NCBI GenBank assembly: GCA_016712635.1
Contig: JADJQS010000006.1
Span: 247,716 to 311,715, forward strand
Direction of reading: 5' to 3'
DNA: 64,000 nucleotides
Source: Gammaproteobacteria bacterium
Lineage (GTDB): Bacteria; Pseudomonadota; Gammaproteobacteria; SZUA-140
In this document: piece after piece, positions 42,113 through 51,365 of the stretch
Position numbering within the stretch: position 1 is the first letter of the stretch
Layout of the letters: each line of letters starts with the position of its first letter
The notes under the pieces: model-generated
The model's database searches: none
What the model was told of the DNA's origin: nothing
What the model saw: only the letters and a program-made list of their open reading frames with translations
Translations under genes and position numbers: made by a program

Positions 42113-42658
42113 ATGAACGTGCGGCAGCGTAAAGAACTGATCGGAAAATTGAAGGCCCGTTTCGAGGCGAACATGGGCCGCCATGCAGGCATTGGCTGGT
42201 CCGGTGTACAGGCGAGGCTGGAGTCCTTCCCCGGGAAACTGCGCTCGCTCGATGAGATGGAGAAAACCGGGGGAGAGCCGGATGTCGTCGGCCATGACAG
42301 CAAGACCGGGGAATTCATTTTCTGTGACTGTTCCGCCGAGAGCCCGGCAGGGCGCAGGAGTGTCTGCTATGACCGCGAGGGGCTGGAGTCGAGGAAGGAA
42401 CACAGGCCGGAGAATTGTGCGACGGACATGGCAGCGGCCATGGGCATCGAACTCCTGACGGAAGAACAGTATCGGGGATTGCAGGAATTGGGGTGCTTCG
42501 ATACTAAAACGTCGAGTTGGGTACTGACGCCTGCTGGCATCAGGAGGCTCGGCGGGGCCCTGTTCTGTGATCGCCGCTATGACACCGTTTTCGTGTATCA
42601 CAACGGTGCCCAGTCGTACTATGCCGCGCGGGGTTTCCGCGGCGCATTGAAGGTGTAG
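42113..42658 (+). CDS. DUF4256 domain protein
   Basis: RKELIGKLKARFEANMGRHAGIGWSGVQARLE..LDEMEKTGGEPDVV matches the DUF4256 family signature. Confidence 0.75.
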   Translation: MNVRQRKELIGKLKARFEANMGRHAGIGWSGVQARLESFPGKLRSLDEMEKTGGEPDVVGHDSKTGEFIFCDCSAESPAGRRSVCYDREGLESRKEHRPENCATDMAAAMGIELLTEEQYRGLQELGCFDTKTSSWVLTPAGIRRLGGALFCDRRYDTVFVYHNGAQSYYAARGFRGALKV

Positions 42659-42692
42659 CATCTCTCCGGCGCGGCACCGGGATGGAGTCGAC

Positions 42693-43091
42693 ATGAGCAA
42701 ACTCATGCGGTTCCCCGCTTCGGTCAGGCGGGATCCGGCCATCGAGGCCTGGATGCACGGGCATGCGGGTGAACTGGGCGCGATCGCCCGGCACTGGTTC
42801 GAGGTCATGCGCGGCTGCGGGGACGATGTCCGCGAGCTGCTGCACGACGGTCATCCGACCGCGTGTGTGGGCGATGCGGCATTCGCCTACGTGAATGCCT
42901 TCAGGGCGCACGTCAATGTCGGGTTCTTTCGCGGCGCCGGGATTGCTGATCCCGCGGGCCTGCTGGAAGGCGACGGCAGGTACATGCGTCATGTGAAACT
43001 CCGGCCCGGGGGCGACGTCGATGCCGCGGCGCTGACGCGGCTGATCGAGACCGCCTGCGCGGATATGAGGCGGTGCCTTCAGGCGGGGTAG
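42693..43091 (+). CDS. DUF1801 domain protein
   Basis: 132 aa, pattern ..GHPTACVGDAAFAYVNAFRAHVNVGFFRGA.. typical of DUF1801/YdhG-like. Confidence 0.7.
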   Translation: MSKLMRFPASVRRDPAIEAWMHGHAGELGAIARHWFEVMRGCGDDVRELLHDGHPTACVGDAAFAYVNAFRAHVNVGFFRGAGIADPAGLLEGDGRYMRHVKLRPGGDVDAAALTRLIETACADMRRCLQAG

Positions 43092-43305
43092 TGCGGTTCG
43101 ATCGATTTACCTTAGATAATCAGGGGAAAATCTCTGTCATCTGTCGCGCAGTCCCTGTACGGTTATCGGTGAAATGTCCGGATATTCCACCACCCCGGGA
43201 ATCCCGGTCAGCAACTCCCGCCATCAGCGACACACCGACTTTTTCAGGACCGGACTGGTGGTATAGTCATGGGCGCCACCGCTTTGTTCCGTGGATTCGC
43301 CGCAC

Positions 43306-43893
43306 ATGAAGACGCAATACTACACGGCCTGCAGCCTCGACGGTTTCATCGCGACGGAGGACCACTCGCTGGAGTGGCTCTTCCAGCTCGGCGACGTCAA
43401 CGAGACCAGCTACCCGGAGTTCATCAAGGACGTCGGCGCGCTCGCGATGGGTTCGTCCACCTACGAGTGGATGCTCCGGAATGTCATCAGGCCGGACTCC
43501 GGATCGGGGGCTACGTGGCCCTACGACCAGCCTGTCTGGATATTCTCAAACCGGTCCCTGCCGGGCGTGGCCGGTGCGAATCTGCACTTCGCGCGGGGCG
43601 ATGTGCGGCCGGTCCATGAGCAGATGCGCGCGGCGGCGGGCGGGCGCAACATCTGGATCGTCGGCGGCGGCGAGCTGATCGGCCAGTTCCATGACGCGGG
43701 CCTGCTCGACGAGATCATCGTACAGGTGGGATCGGTCACCCTCGGCGCCGGCCGGCCGCTGCTCCCGCGCCGCATCGCCTTCCCGCCGCTGTCACTGACG
43801 TCCGCGCGCGCGATCGGGCCCGGATTCGCCGAGCTCCGCTACGACGTGCCGCGCGCGGATCGTCCGGCGCGGCAGCCATCACATCCAAGCTGA
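43306..43893 (+). CDS. dihydrofolate reductase-family protein (second paralog)
   Basis: MKTQYYTACSLDGFIA..LAMGSSTYEWM..IWIVGGGELIGQFHDAGLLDEIIVQV; same family as 35101..35781. Confidence 0.75.
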   Translation: MKTQYYTACSLDGFIATEDHSLEWLFQLGDVNETSYPEFIKDVGALAMGSSTYEWMLRNVIRPDSGSGATWPYDQPVWIFSNRSLPGVAGANLHFARGDVRPVHEQMRAAAGGRNIWIVGGGELIGQFHDAGLLDEIIVQVGSVTLGAGRPLLPRRIAFPPLSLTSARAIGPGFAELRYDVPRADRPARQPSHPS

Positions 43894-43906
43894 GAGGACC
43901 ACGATC

Positions 43907-44359
43907 ATGCCGGCAAACACCAACACCATCCGCCTTCACCGCGTGCTCCGTTCGACGCCGGAGCGCATCTACCGGGCGTTCATCGACGCGGACGCCATGG
44001 CCAAATGGCTGCCGCCGAACGGTTTCACCGGCAAGGTCCACGAGATGAACGCGAAGGTCGGCGGCACGTTCAGGATGTCGTTCACGAACTTCACCACCGG
44101 CAGGAGCCATGCCTTCGGCGGGGCCTACCTCGAGCTCGTCCCGCACGAGCGCATCCGCTACACCGACGTGTTCGACGACCCGAACCTGCCCGGCGAGATG
44201 CGAACGACGGTAACACTGAAGCCGGTCTCCGTCGGCACCGAGGTGAACATCGTGCAGGAAGGCGTGCCCGGCGTCATCCCGCCCGAGGCCTGCTACCTGG
44301 GCTGGCAGGAGTCGCTCATCCTGCTCGGAAAGCTCGTCGAGGCCGAGATCCCGGAATAG
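43907..44359 (+). CDS. SRPBCC-family protein (Aha1/AHSA1-like activator of Hsp90 ATPase domain)
   Basis: IRLHRVLRSTPERIYRAFIDADAMAKW..GGTFRMSF..GGAYLELVPHERIRYT AHSA1 pattern. Confidence 0.75.
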   Translation: MPANTNTIRLHRVLRSTPERIYRAFIDADAMAKWLPPNGFTGKVHEMNAKVGGTFRMSFTNFTTGRSHAFGGAYLELVPHERIRYTDVFDDPNLPGEMRTTVTLKPVSVGTEVNIVQEGVPGVIPPEACYLGWQESLILLGKLVEAEIPE

Positions 44360-44377
44360 CTTGCTTGAAATATTTAG

Positions 44378-44460
44378 ATATTTGGGGTCAGAGTAAAAAC
44401 ATGCAGTGGACAGTGACGATACGTCAATCACTCAAGTGTTTTTACTCTGACCCCAAATAT
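44378..44460 (+). repeat. hairpin element: perfect 24-bp inverted repeat ATATTTGGGGTCAGAGTAAAAACA with 35-nt loop (copy 1)
   Basis: arms 44378..44401 and 44437..44460 are exact reverse complements; identical arms recur at 44949..45033. Confidence 0.85.
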
Positions 44461-44494
44461 CGGAGTATCAGGCAGGTATAGTGATCCGCTGACC

Positions 44495-44923
44495 GTGAAA
44501 TGGAGTGTCGATATGGATGATTTCCTGAGTGCCTGGAGTTCCCGAGTACTGAGTATCCTGCGCATCGTGACGGCGTTTTTGTTCATGGCGCACGGCACCC
44601 AGAAGGTGTTCGGATTTCCGGGGTCTCAGCGCCAGGAGTTCGATCTCTTCTCGCTGTCGGGCGTTGCCGGCACGCTGGAGGTGTTCGGCGGCCTGCTGAT
44701 CCTGTTCGGCCTGTTTACCCGTCCGGTCGCGTTCCTGCTTTCCGGCCAGATGGCGTTCGCCTATTTCATCGCCCATGCGCCGAGGGACTTCTGGCCCCTC
44801 CTGAATGGCGGCGAGCTGGCCGCGATGTGGTCGTTTCTGTTCCTGTATCTGGCCTTCGCCGGCGGCGGTGAATGGAGCCTGGACCACATCCGTAACGCCA
44901 GCCGCACAGGCAAGCCCACCTGA
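44495..44923 (+). CDS. DoxX-family membrane protein
   Basis: GTG start (alt ATG 44513); ILRIVTAFLFMAHGTQKVFGFPG..LEVFGGLLILFGLFTR DoxX signature, 4 TM. Confidence 0.8.
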   Translation: MKWSVDMDDFLSAWSSRVLSILRIVTAFLFMAHGTQKVFGFPGSQRQEFDLFSLSGVAGTLEVFGGLLILFGLFTRPVAFLLSGQMAFAYFIAHAPRDFWPLLNGGELAAMWSFLFLYLAFAGGGEWSLDHIRNASRTGKPT

Positions 44924-44948
44924 GATTCGAGATAACCGGGGTCAGAAG

Positions 44949-45033
44949 ATATTTGGGGTCAGAGTAAAAACATTTGTCAGTTTCTAGAAATAGTAACTGG
45001 CCTGCCTCATGTTTTTACTCTGACCCCAAATAT
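44949..45033 (+). repeat. hairpin element: same perfect 24-bp inverted repeat with a different 37-nt loop (copy 2)
   Basis: arms 44949..44972 and 45010..45033 identical to copy 1, loop unrelated; both copies in same orientation flanking doxX. Confidence 0.85.
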
Positions 45034-45174
45034 CCAAAGGGCGCCGGCTTGCTAACAGTGACTGCGACCTGTCATGATTCTGTCATCTGATCCCGAATCT
45101 GACCCGCCCGTCTGTCACGCTCATTGATCTTTTTCCCAGTCCCAAGGACGATCCGGCACCGGAGCAGCGGAGTC

Positions 45175-46125
45175 ATGCTGGCCGGCATGCTCTGCCTGTC
45201 GCTGTCCACCGCCGGCGCCGAGGAGGCGCCGATCGAGCTCTCCGGCGAGGAGAGCATCTTCGACTTCCTGAATCCGGCCCACGAATTCTGGTCTGGAAAG
45301 GTATCGGATTACGCGGGGCGGCTGGATCGCTTCTTCGGCGACGAACGCGATTTCCAGGAGTCTAACGAGAGCATCGTCCAGTTCGACCTCATCCAGCTGG
45401 TGGACGAGGGCGGCGACCATCGGACGACCTTCTCGGGCCGTGCCAAGCTGGTCCTGCCGCAGACCGAGAAGCGCCTGCACCTGCTGGTGGAGACCGATCC
45501 CGAGGAGGTGGCAAGCAACGAGATCTCGGAAGAGGGGCCGGTGACGACCGGCGACATCAAGTCCGCGGACAGCTACGCGGCGGCGCTGCGCTACCAGAAG
45601 GACAAGGAAGACATCTGGCATTTCAGCACCGACCTCGGCGTCCGCCTGAACTCGGGGCTGGATCCCTATACCCGTGTGCGCGGCAGCGGCGCGCTGATGC
45701 TCGGGGCCTGGCGTTTCAAGCTGACCGAGACGCTGTTCTGGTTCCGCACCATAGGCGCCGGCGAGACCACGCGGCTGGACATCGAACGCCCGCTCGCCGC
45801 CACGCTGCTGTTCCGCTCGGCGAGCAGCGGCACCTGGCTGCATGACGACTCAAGCTTCAGCGTGCGCCAGGACCTGTCGCTCTATCAACCGGTGGACGAC
45901 CGCCGCGCGCTGGTCTACCAGATCAGCGGCGTGGGCACCGCCCAGCCGGAGAAGCGGATGGAGGAGTACGTCGTACTGCTGCGCTACCGCCACCGCCTGC
46001 ACCACCACTGGCTGTACGGCGAGATCAGTCCGCAGGTCCACTACCCGGAGGAGACCGGCTACCACCCCGACCTGCAGCTCGTGCTGCGCCTGGAGATGCA
46101 GTTCGGGAGCGGTCTGAACCGCTAG
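45175..46125 (+). CDS. exported hypothetical protein (possible outer-membrane protein)
   Basis: ATG 45175 gives signal peptide MLAGMLCLSLSTAGA; beta-rich alternating pattern; no family recognised. Confidence 0.5.
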   Translation: MLAGMLCLSLSTAGAEEAPIELSGEESIFDFLNPAHEFWSGKVSDYAGRLDRFFGDERDFQESNESIVQFDLIQLVDEGGDHRTTFSGRAKLVLPQTEKRLHLLVETDPEEVASNEISEEGPVTTGDIKSADSYAAALRYQKDKEDIWHFSTDLGVRLNSGLDPYTRVRGSGALMLGAWRFKLTETLFWFRTIGAGETTRLDIERPLAATLLFRSASSGTWLHDDSSFSVRQDLSLYQPVDDRRALVYQISGVGTAQPEKRMEEYVVLLRYRHRLHHHWLYGEISPQVHYPEETGYHPDLQLVLRLEMQFGSGLNR

Positions 46126-46316
46126 CGTCCCGAGACCTTGCCGCATCGAACGGGGACAGATTTATTTTTCCCGATGCAGATTGATCTTCTTTCGGCTCGA
46201 GATGTGTGCTGGCCGTGATCCTGTTCCGCGTGACAAACGGATGACAGTAACGGTGTTGCTCCGACTACCCATTCAGCGTATTGCCTATCACACATCGCGC
46301 ATGCTAAGTTGCGCGC

Positions 46317-46772
46317 GTGAATGTGACCCGAGTCAGCCGCCGCGTGAAGGCGCCCCGCGCGAGCGTATACCACGCGCTGCTCGACGTGCGCGCGATCGCG
46401 GTCTGGATGGTGCCGGACGGCATGACCGGCCAGATTCACGAGTTCGACGCCCGCGAAGGCGGCAGGTTCCGGGTGTCGCTCACCTACATCGAGCCGACGG
46501 GCATCGGCAAGACGACTGCGCGCACCGATACCTACAACGGCCACTTCGTGCGGCTCGTCCATAACGAACAGGTCTTCGAAGTGGTCGAGTTCGAGACCAT
46601 GGACCCCGACCTCCGCGGTGAAATGACCATCACGATCACCCTCGCCGACGCGGACGGCGGCACCGACATCCTCGTCGTGCATGACGGAGTCCCGTGCGGC
46701 CTGCCCGACTCCGACAATGAGGCCGGCTGGCGCCATTCGCTTGAGAAGCTCGCGGCCCTCGTGGAGTCGTAA
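46317..46772 (+). CDS. SRPBCC-family protein (second paralog)
   Basis: GTG start; VSRRVKAPRASVYHALLD..W..GGRFRVSLTY pattern of Bet v1-like/AHSA1 fold. Confidence 0.7.
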   Translation: MNVTRVSRRVKAPRASVYHALLDVRAIAVWMVPDGMTGQIHEFDAREGGRFRVSLTYIEPTGIGKTTARTDTYNGHFVRLVHNEQVFEVVEFETMDPDLRGEMTITITLADADGGTDILVVHDGVPCGLPDSDNEAGWRHSLEKLAALVES

Positions 46773-46827
46773 TAGCCCGTAGGGTCTGTCCCGTTCGGGT
46801 CCCCGGCCGTGCCGGAATTACCGTAAG

Positions 46828-47913
46828 TCAGGGAGCGGGCGTGTCGGCCGTTTCGCCCTGCGCGCGTTCCAGATCCTTGAAAATCGTGTAGGCGATGGCA
46901 AGCAGGGTCGGGCCGATGAAGATGCCGAGGAAGCCGAACGCGAGCACGCCGCCGATACCGCCGAGGAACACCAGGATGAAGGGCAGCTTGCTGCCCTTGC
47001 TGATGAAGTAGGGCTTCAGGAAGTTGTCGATGGTGCTGACCACGAGCACTCCCCACACCACGAGGAAGATCGCCGAGCCGGTCTCGCCCTGCTGGAACAG
47101 CCAGACGGAGGCCACCGCCCAGGCGATGGAGGAGCCGAAGGGGATCAGCGCCAGTACACAGGTCAGGGCTCCGAGCAGCAGTGCGCCGGGCACCCCCGCG
47201 ATGAACATGCCGACGCCGGCGAGGAAACCCTGCGCGAGCGCGGTGCCGATGATGCCGTAGATCACGCTCTTGATGGTGATGTCGGCGATGCGCAGCATGC
47301 CGGCCCCGCGCTTGCCGCCGACGCGCGACAGCAGACCCTGCAGCCGCACCGGCAGTGTCCTGCTGTCGCGGTAGATGAAGAAGGAGATGAACACGCTGAG
47401 CGTGAGGTACAGGATGCCCTCGCCGAGCGCGGCGGCTCCGCGCAGCGCAGTCTCCCGCAGTGGAACGAGGTAGTGGGTCAATGCCTCGGTGAGGCGCGTT
47501 CCGCTGCCGGCCATCTCCTGCCAGCGCTCATGGAGCGTCGCGCCCACCAGGGGGATATTGAGCACCCAGTCGGGCGCGCTGGGCGGGCCCTCGGTCAGCA
47601 GGTGCCGTGCCATCTCGATCAGCGTCCGGATGTCGTCCGTCAGGCTGGCGCCGACCACGACGAGCGGGACGATCAGGACGCCGGTCACGATCATGACCAT
47701 CAGCCCGCTGGCCAGTCCCGCGCGTCCCCCCAGTGCCTGCTCGATGCGCCGGTACAGCGGCCAGGTGGAGGAGGACAGGATCGCGGCGAGGAGCACCGCC
47801 GACAGGAACGGCCGCAGCACGAAGTAACATCCCACCACCAGCGCGACGAGGAGCGCGATGCCGGCATAGTAGTCGATGCGATGATCGCTCAGGGCGTCAT
47901 TCATTCTGGACAT
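46828..47913 (-). CDS. AI-2E family transporter (PerM/YhhT-like, UPF0118)
   Basis: 361 aa, 8 TM, characteristic PF01594 topology and GxxxPxxLxL motifs. Confidence 0.85.
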   Translation of the reverse strand: MSRMNDALSDHRIDYYAGIALLVALVVGCYFVLRPFLSAVLLAAILSSSTWPLYRRIEQALGGRAGLASGLMVMIVTGVLIVPLVVVGASLTDDIRTLIEMARHLLTEGPPSAPDWVLNIPLVGATLHERWQEMAGSGTRLTEALTHYLVPLRETALRGAAALGEGILYLTLSVFISFFIYRDSRTLPVRLQGLLSRVGGKRGAGMLRIADITIKSVIYGIIGTALAQGFLAGVGMFIAGVPGALLLGALTCVLALIPFGSSIAWAVASVWLFQQGETGSAIFLVVWGVLVVSTIDNFLKPYFISKGSKLPFILVFLGGIGGVLAFGFLGIFIGPTLLAIAYTIFKDLERAQGETADTPAP

Positions 47914-48134
47914 GAGGGGTCTCGGGGCTGTGTTGGCGACCTGCTGAAGCTAGCATGAAACAATGCGCGTATAAATAAAATCAGGCGCCGGCGTGTGCAT
48001 GGCCCTCGCGGGTCATTCTTCGTGCGCGGCGTTATGACGATAATTTGTCGGGGAAATTAATTCTTCCCGGCGATGTTAACGTCGCGCGCGGTGGATTGAG
48101 TATACTGGCCTTTCAACACGAGGGGAGAATCGCC

Positions 48135-49085
48135 ATGGCTGAGAAAAAGATCATCGCGATAGTGGGCGCGACCGGCGCGCAGGGCGGCGGGCTGGCGCGC
48201 GCGATACTGTCCGATCCGGGGGGAGGCTTCGCGGTGCGCGCGCTGACGCGCGACGTCGATTCGGACAAGGCGAAGGAACTGAAGCAACTGGGCGCCGAGG
48301 TCGTGGCGGCGGACGTGGATGACGCGGCCAGCCTGGAGCGCGCGTTCCGCGGCGCGCACGGCGCCTACTGCGTCACCTTCTTCTGGGCGCATTTCTCGCC
48401 GGAGAAGGAGCTGGCCGAGGCGAAGGCCCTGGCGAATGCGGCGCGGCGCGCCGGCGTTGATCACGCCATCTGGTCCACGCTGGAGGACACGCGCGAGTGG
48501 ATCCCGATCGGCGACGAGCGCATGCCGACCCTGATGGGCAAGTACAATGTGCCGCACTTCGACGCCAAGGGCGAGGCGAACCATTTCTTCGCCGCCGCGG
48601 GCGTGCCGACGACATACCTGCTCACCTCGTTCTACTGGGACAACCTGATCCACTTCGGCATGGGGCCGAAGCCCGGACCGGACGGTGAACTCGCCTTCAC
48701 GCTGCCGATGGCGGACAAGAAACTGCCGGGGATCGCGGCGGAGGACATCGGCAAGTGCGCCTATGGCATCTTCAAACGGGGCCGCGAACAGATCGGCGGG
48801 ACCGTCGGCATCGCCGGCGAACACCTGACCGGCGCGCAGATGTCGGCTGCGCTGGGCAAGGCGCTGGGCCGGGTGGTGAACTACAACGCCGTCACGCCGG
48901 AGCAGTACCGCGCCTTCGGCTTTCCGGGGGCGGAGGATCTCGGCAACATGTTCCAGTTCAAGCGCGACTTCGAGGCGGACTTCTGCGGCGCGCGCAGCCT
49001 CGCGGTCTCGCGCGCGCTCAACCCCGCCCTGCAGACCTTCGCGCAATGGCTGGCGCGGAACAAGGACCGCATCCCGCTCGGATAA
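48135..49085 (+). CDS. NmrA-family NAD(P)-binding protein
   Basis: ATG 48135 after AGGGGAGA; IAIVGATGAQGGGLARAIL Rossmann GxxGxxG; NmrA-like over full length. Confidence 0.85.
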   Translation: MAEKKIIAIVGATGAQGGGLARAILSDPGGGFAVRALTRDVDSDKAKELKQLGAEVVAADVDDAASLERAFRGAHGAYCVTFFWAHFSPEKELAEAKALANAARRAGVDHAIWSTLEDTREWIPIGDERMPTLMGKYNVPHFDAKGEANHFFAAAGVPTTYLLTSFYWDNLIHFGMGPKPGPDGELAFTLPMADKKLPGIAAEDIGKCAYGIFKRGREQIGGTVGIAGEHLTGAQMSAALGKALGRVVNYNAVTPEQYRAFGFPGAEDLGNMFQFKRDFEADFCGARSLAVSRALNPALQTFAQWLARNKDRIPLG

Positions 49086-49172
49086 CGATCGGGCCTTGAA
49101 GGCGGCTCCAGCCCGGCCGTCCGCCGCAAGAATCGGGTGGGGGCGGCCGCGCCGCCGTGGCAGAATGCGTCC

Positions 49173-50057
49173 ATGAACGATTACGACCGCATCGCCCGGG
49201 TCATCCGCTACCTCGACGCACATCAGGCCGAACAGCCCGATCTCGCGCGGCTGGCCGACCATGCCGGACTGAGCCCGTTTCATTTTCATCGCCTGTTCAC
49301 CGCCTGGGCGGCGATCACGCCGAAGGATTTCCTGCAGCAGCTCACACTGGCGCACGCCCGGGCCGTATTGCGCGAAGGCGAGGGCGTTCTGGAGGCCGCC
49401 ATCGACGCGGGACTGTCCGGTCCCGGCCGCCTGCACGATCTCTGCGTCAACCTCGAGGCAGCCTCGCCGGGCGAGATCAAATCCGGCGGCGCGGGGTGGA
49501 CGATCACTGCCGGATTCGCCGACAGCCCCTTCGGGCGATACCTGGCCGGCGAGAGCCCGCGCGGCGTCTGCCATCTTTCCTTCATCGAGTCCGGTACCGG
49601 GGAAGCGGCGCTGGACGGGCTGCATGCGGACTGGCCAAATGCGCACCTGCGACGCGATGACGATGCCGCGGCGCGGCTCGCCGCACGCATCTTCGCAGCG
49701 CCCGCAGGCGTTTCCGCCGCGCGCCCGGCCCTGCGCGCGCTGGTGCGCGGTACGGCGTTCCAGTTGCGGGTGTGGCGCGCACTGCTGCGGATTCCATCGG
49801 GTGCGCTGATCACTTACGGACGTCTGGCGGCGGCGCTGGGCATGCCAGGGGCCGCGCGCGCCGTGGGGACGGCGGTGGGGCGAAATCCCCTCGCGTATCT
49901 CATACCGTGCCACCGCGTGATCCGCGAGACGGGCGCAGCCGGCGGCTACCGCTGGGGTGCGGAACGCAAGCGCGCGATGCTGGCGCGGGAGAGTGCGGAA
50001 CCCGCGGGAGATAGCCGGGGGCTGATGTGTTCTTCACAGGAGGGGACAGATTTGTAA
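49173..50057 (+). CDS. Ada-like bifunctional regulator: AraC-type HTH fused to methylated-DNA-[protein]-cysteine S-methyltransferase
   Basis: N-terminal AraC HTH; C-terminal MGMT domain with PCHRV active-site motif (IPCHRVI); last five codons and stop read into a REP element. Confidence 0.85.
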   Translation: MNDYDRIARVIRYLDAHQAEQPDLARLADHAGLSPFHFHRLFTAWAAITPKDFLQQLTLAHARAVLREGEGVLEAAIDAGLSGPGRLHDLCVNLEAASPGEIKSGGAGWTITAGFADSPFGRYLAGESPRGVCHLSFIESGTGEAALDGLHADWPNAHLRRDDDAAARLAARIFAAPAGVSAARPALRALVRGTAFQLRVWRALLRIPSGALITYGRLAAALGMPGAARAVGTAVGRNPLAYLIPCHRVIRETGAAGGYRWGAERKRAMLARESAEPAGDSRGLMCSSQEGTDL

Positions 50058-50111
50058 ATCTGTCCCCGTATTGCCACATGCCTGGTCGGTGACGGACTTA
50101 AGTCCGTCCCC
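50042..50111. repeat. REP-like palindromes: GGGGACAGATTTgtAAATCTGTCCCC plus variant GACGGACTTAAGTCCGTCCCC
   Basis: perfect 12-bp arms; member of a family with >=12 copies between 46 and 63 kb. Confidence 0.75.
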
Positions 50112-50537
50112 TGTTACGTTATGCCCCCGGGGTGGATGACGCCATGCCCTATCGACTGCTTGCCGACGCCGTGCTGGTGCTGCACCCGGTCGCCTTCGTC
50201 GTGCTCGTGTTGCGACGTGGTAAGCGCCGGTGGGCCGGGGGGCGGGTCGTCGCGCATCGCGGCCATCGGCATCGTCGTCGCCAGAGCTGGCTGGGATCCT
50301 GTGCCCGTCACCGGCTGGATCGTGGTGGCGAGCGCGGGAGGGGGTTACACGGCGGTTTCGGACGCTGGAGGCGCTTATCTATTCGTGCCTGCGGGCGTCG
50401 TCGCTACGCGGCGCGGGCTGGTGGTTCACGCGGCTGGCGGTCGCGGGGCGGTTCCATGACGGCGCAATGACGAGGCGCTGGGCCCGCACAGGGCGCGTGG
50501 CCTCTGGTGCCAAACCGCCGGCGGGCATGGCGCGCTG

Positions 50538-51191
50538 ATGCCCATAGACCGCGCATCCCCGCGCCGGCACGCTCTGCCGCTGCGCCGCGGTGAATACCTG
50601 TTCCGCGCCGGCGATCCGCTGCGCGCGGTGTTCGCCGTCCGTTCCGGATCGGTGAAGACCTTCACCAGTTCCGGCGACGACGACGAGCGCGTGACCGGCT
50701 TCCACCTGCCGGGCGAGCTGATCGGGCTGGATGCGATCGGATCCGGCGTGTATCCCTGCTCGGCGCGCGCGCTGGAGACCAGCAGCGTGTGCGAGGTCGC
50801 CTACGAAGGACTCGAAGACCTGTCCATGAAGATCCGCGGTCTGCAGCGCCAGCTTCTGCGCCTGATGAGCCGCGAGATCCATCATGACGAGAAGATGATG
50901 GTGCTGCTGGGCGGCATGGCGGCGGAGGGCCGCCTCGCCGCGCTGCTGTCCAACATCGCCGCCCGCTTCAGTGAACGCGGATTCTCATCCCGTACCTTCC
51001 GCCTCAGCATGTCCCGCAACGAGATCGGCAGTTATCTTGGGCTGGCGGTGGAGACCGTCAGCCGCCTGTTCACCCGCCTGCAGGCCGAAGGCCTGCTCAG
51101 CGTGCAGCACAGGCAGGTGATGATCCACGACATGGACCGCCTGCAGCGCATGGCCGGCGCCTTCGGCGACGGCGCCGCGCACCGCCGCTGA
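50538..51191 (+). CDS. Crp/Fnr-family transcriptional regulator (no N-terminal Cys cluster)
   Basis: cNMP-binding fold then C-terminal HTH (RNEIGSYLGLAVETVSRLFTRL); lacks FNR-type Fe-S cysteines. Confidence 0.85.
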   Translation: MPIDRASPRRHALPLRRGEYLFRAGDPLRAVFAVRSGSVKTFTSSGDDDERVTGFHLPGELIGLDAIGSGVYPCSARALETSSVCEVAYEGLEDLSMKIRGLQRQLLRLMSREIHHDEKMMVLLGGMAAEGRLAALLSNIAARFSERGFSSRTFRLSMSRNEIGSYLGLAVETVSRLFTRLQAEGLLSVQHRQVMIHDMDRLQRMAGAFGDGAAHRR

Positions 51192-51365
51192 ATCCCTGAA
51201 TTCCACTCCCAATCCGCATTTTTATTGATCTGCGTCAATGTTGGCGGGACGCCGCTCGCGCATAGTCTTGTCTGCCGGTGGAGGGGATGTTGCCAACCAG
51301 GCAAGGCGACATGCGGCAGGGTCCGCAGGGCGCGAATACCGATAACAAGAAGCAGGAGAACAACC

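Noticed and set aside
33418-46772. Integron gene-cassette array
   Set aside because: No intI, no Pc/attI, and the intergenic spacers lack attC architecture (RYYYAAC ... GTTRRRY imperfect palindromes). Only the doxX-flanking perfect hairpins are repeat-like, and they do not resemble attC.
48057-49913. 618-aa minus-strand ORF and other long antisense ORFs (40556..42079, 60332..61513, 16946..18388, 17713..19635, 22093..23793)
   Set aside because: All overlap confidently assigned sense-strand genes and have Arg/Gly/Ala-rich low-complexity composition expected from GC-rich antisense frames.
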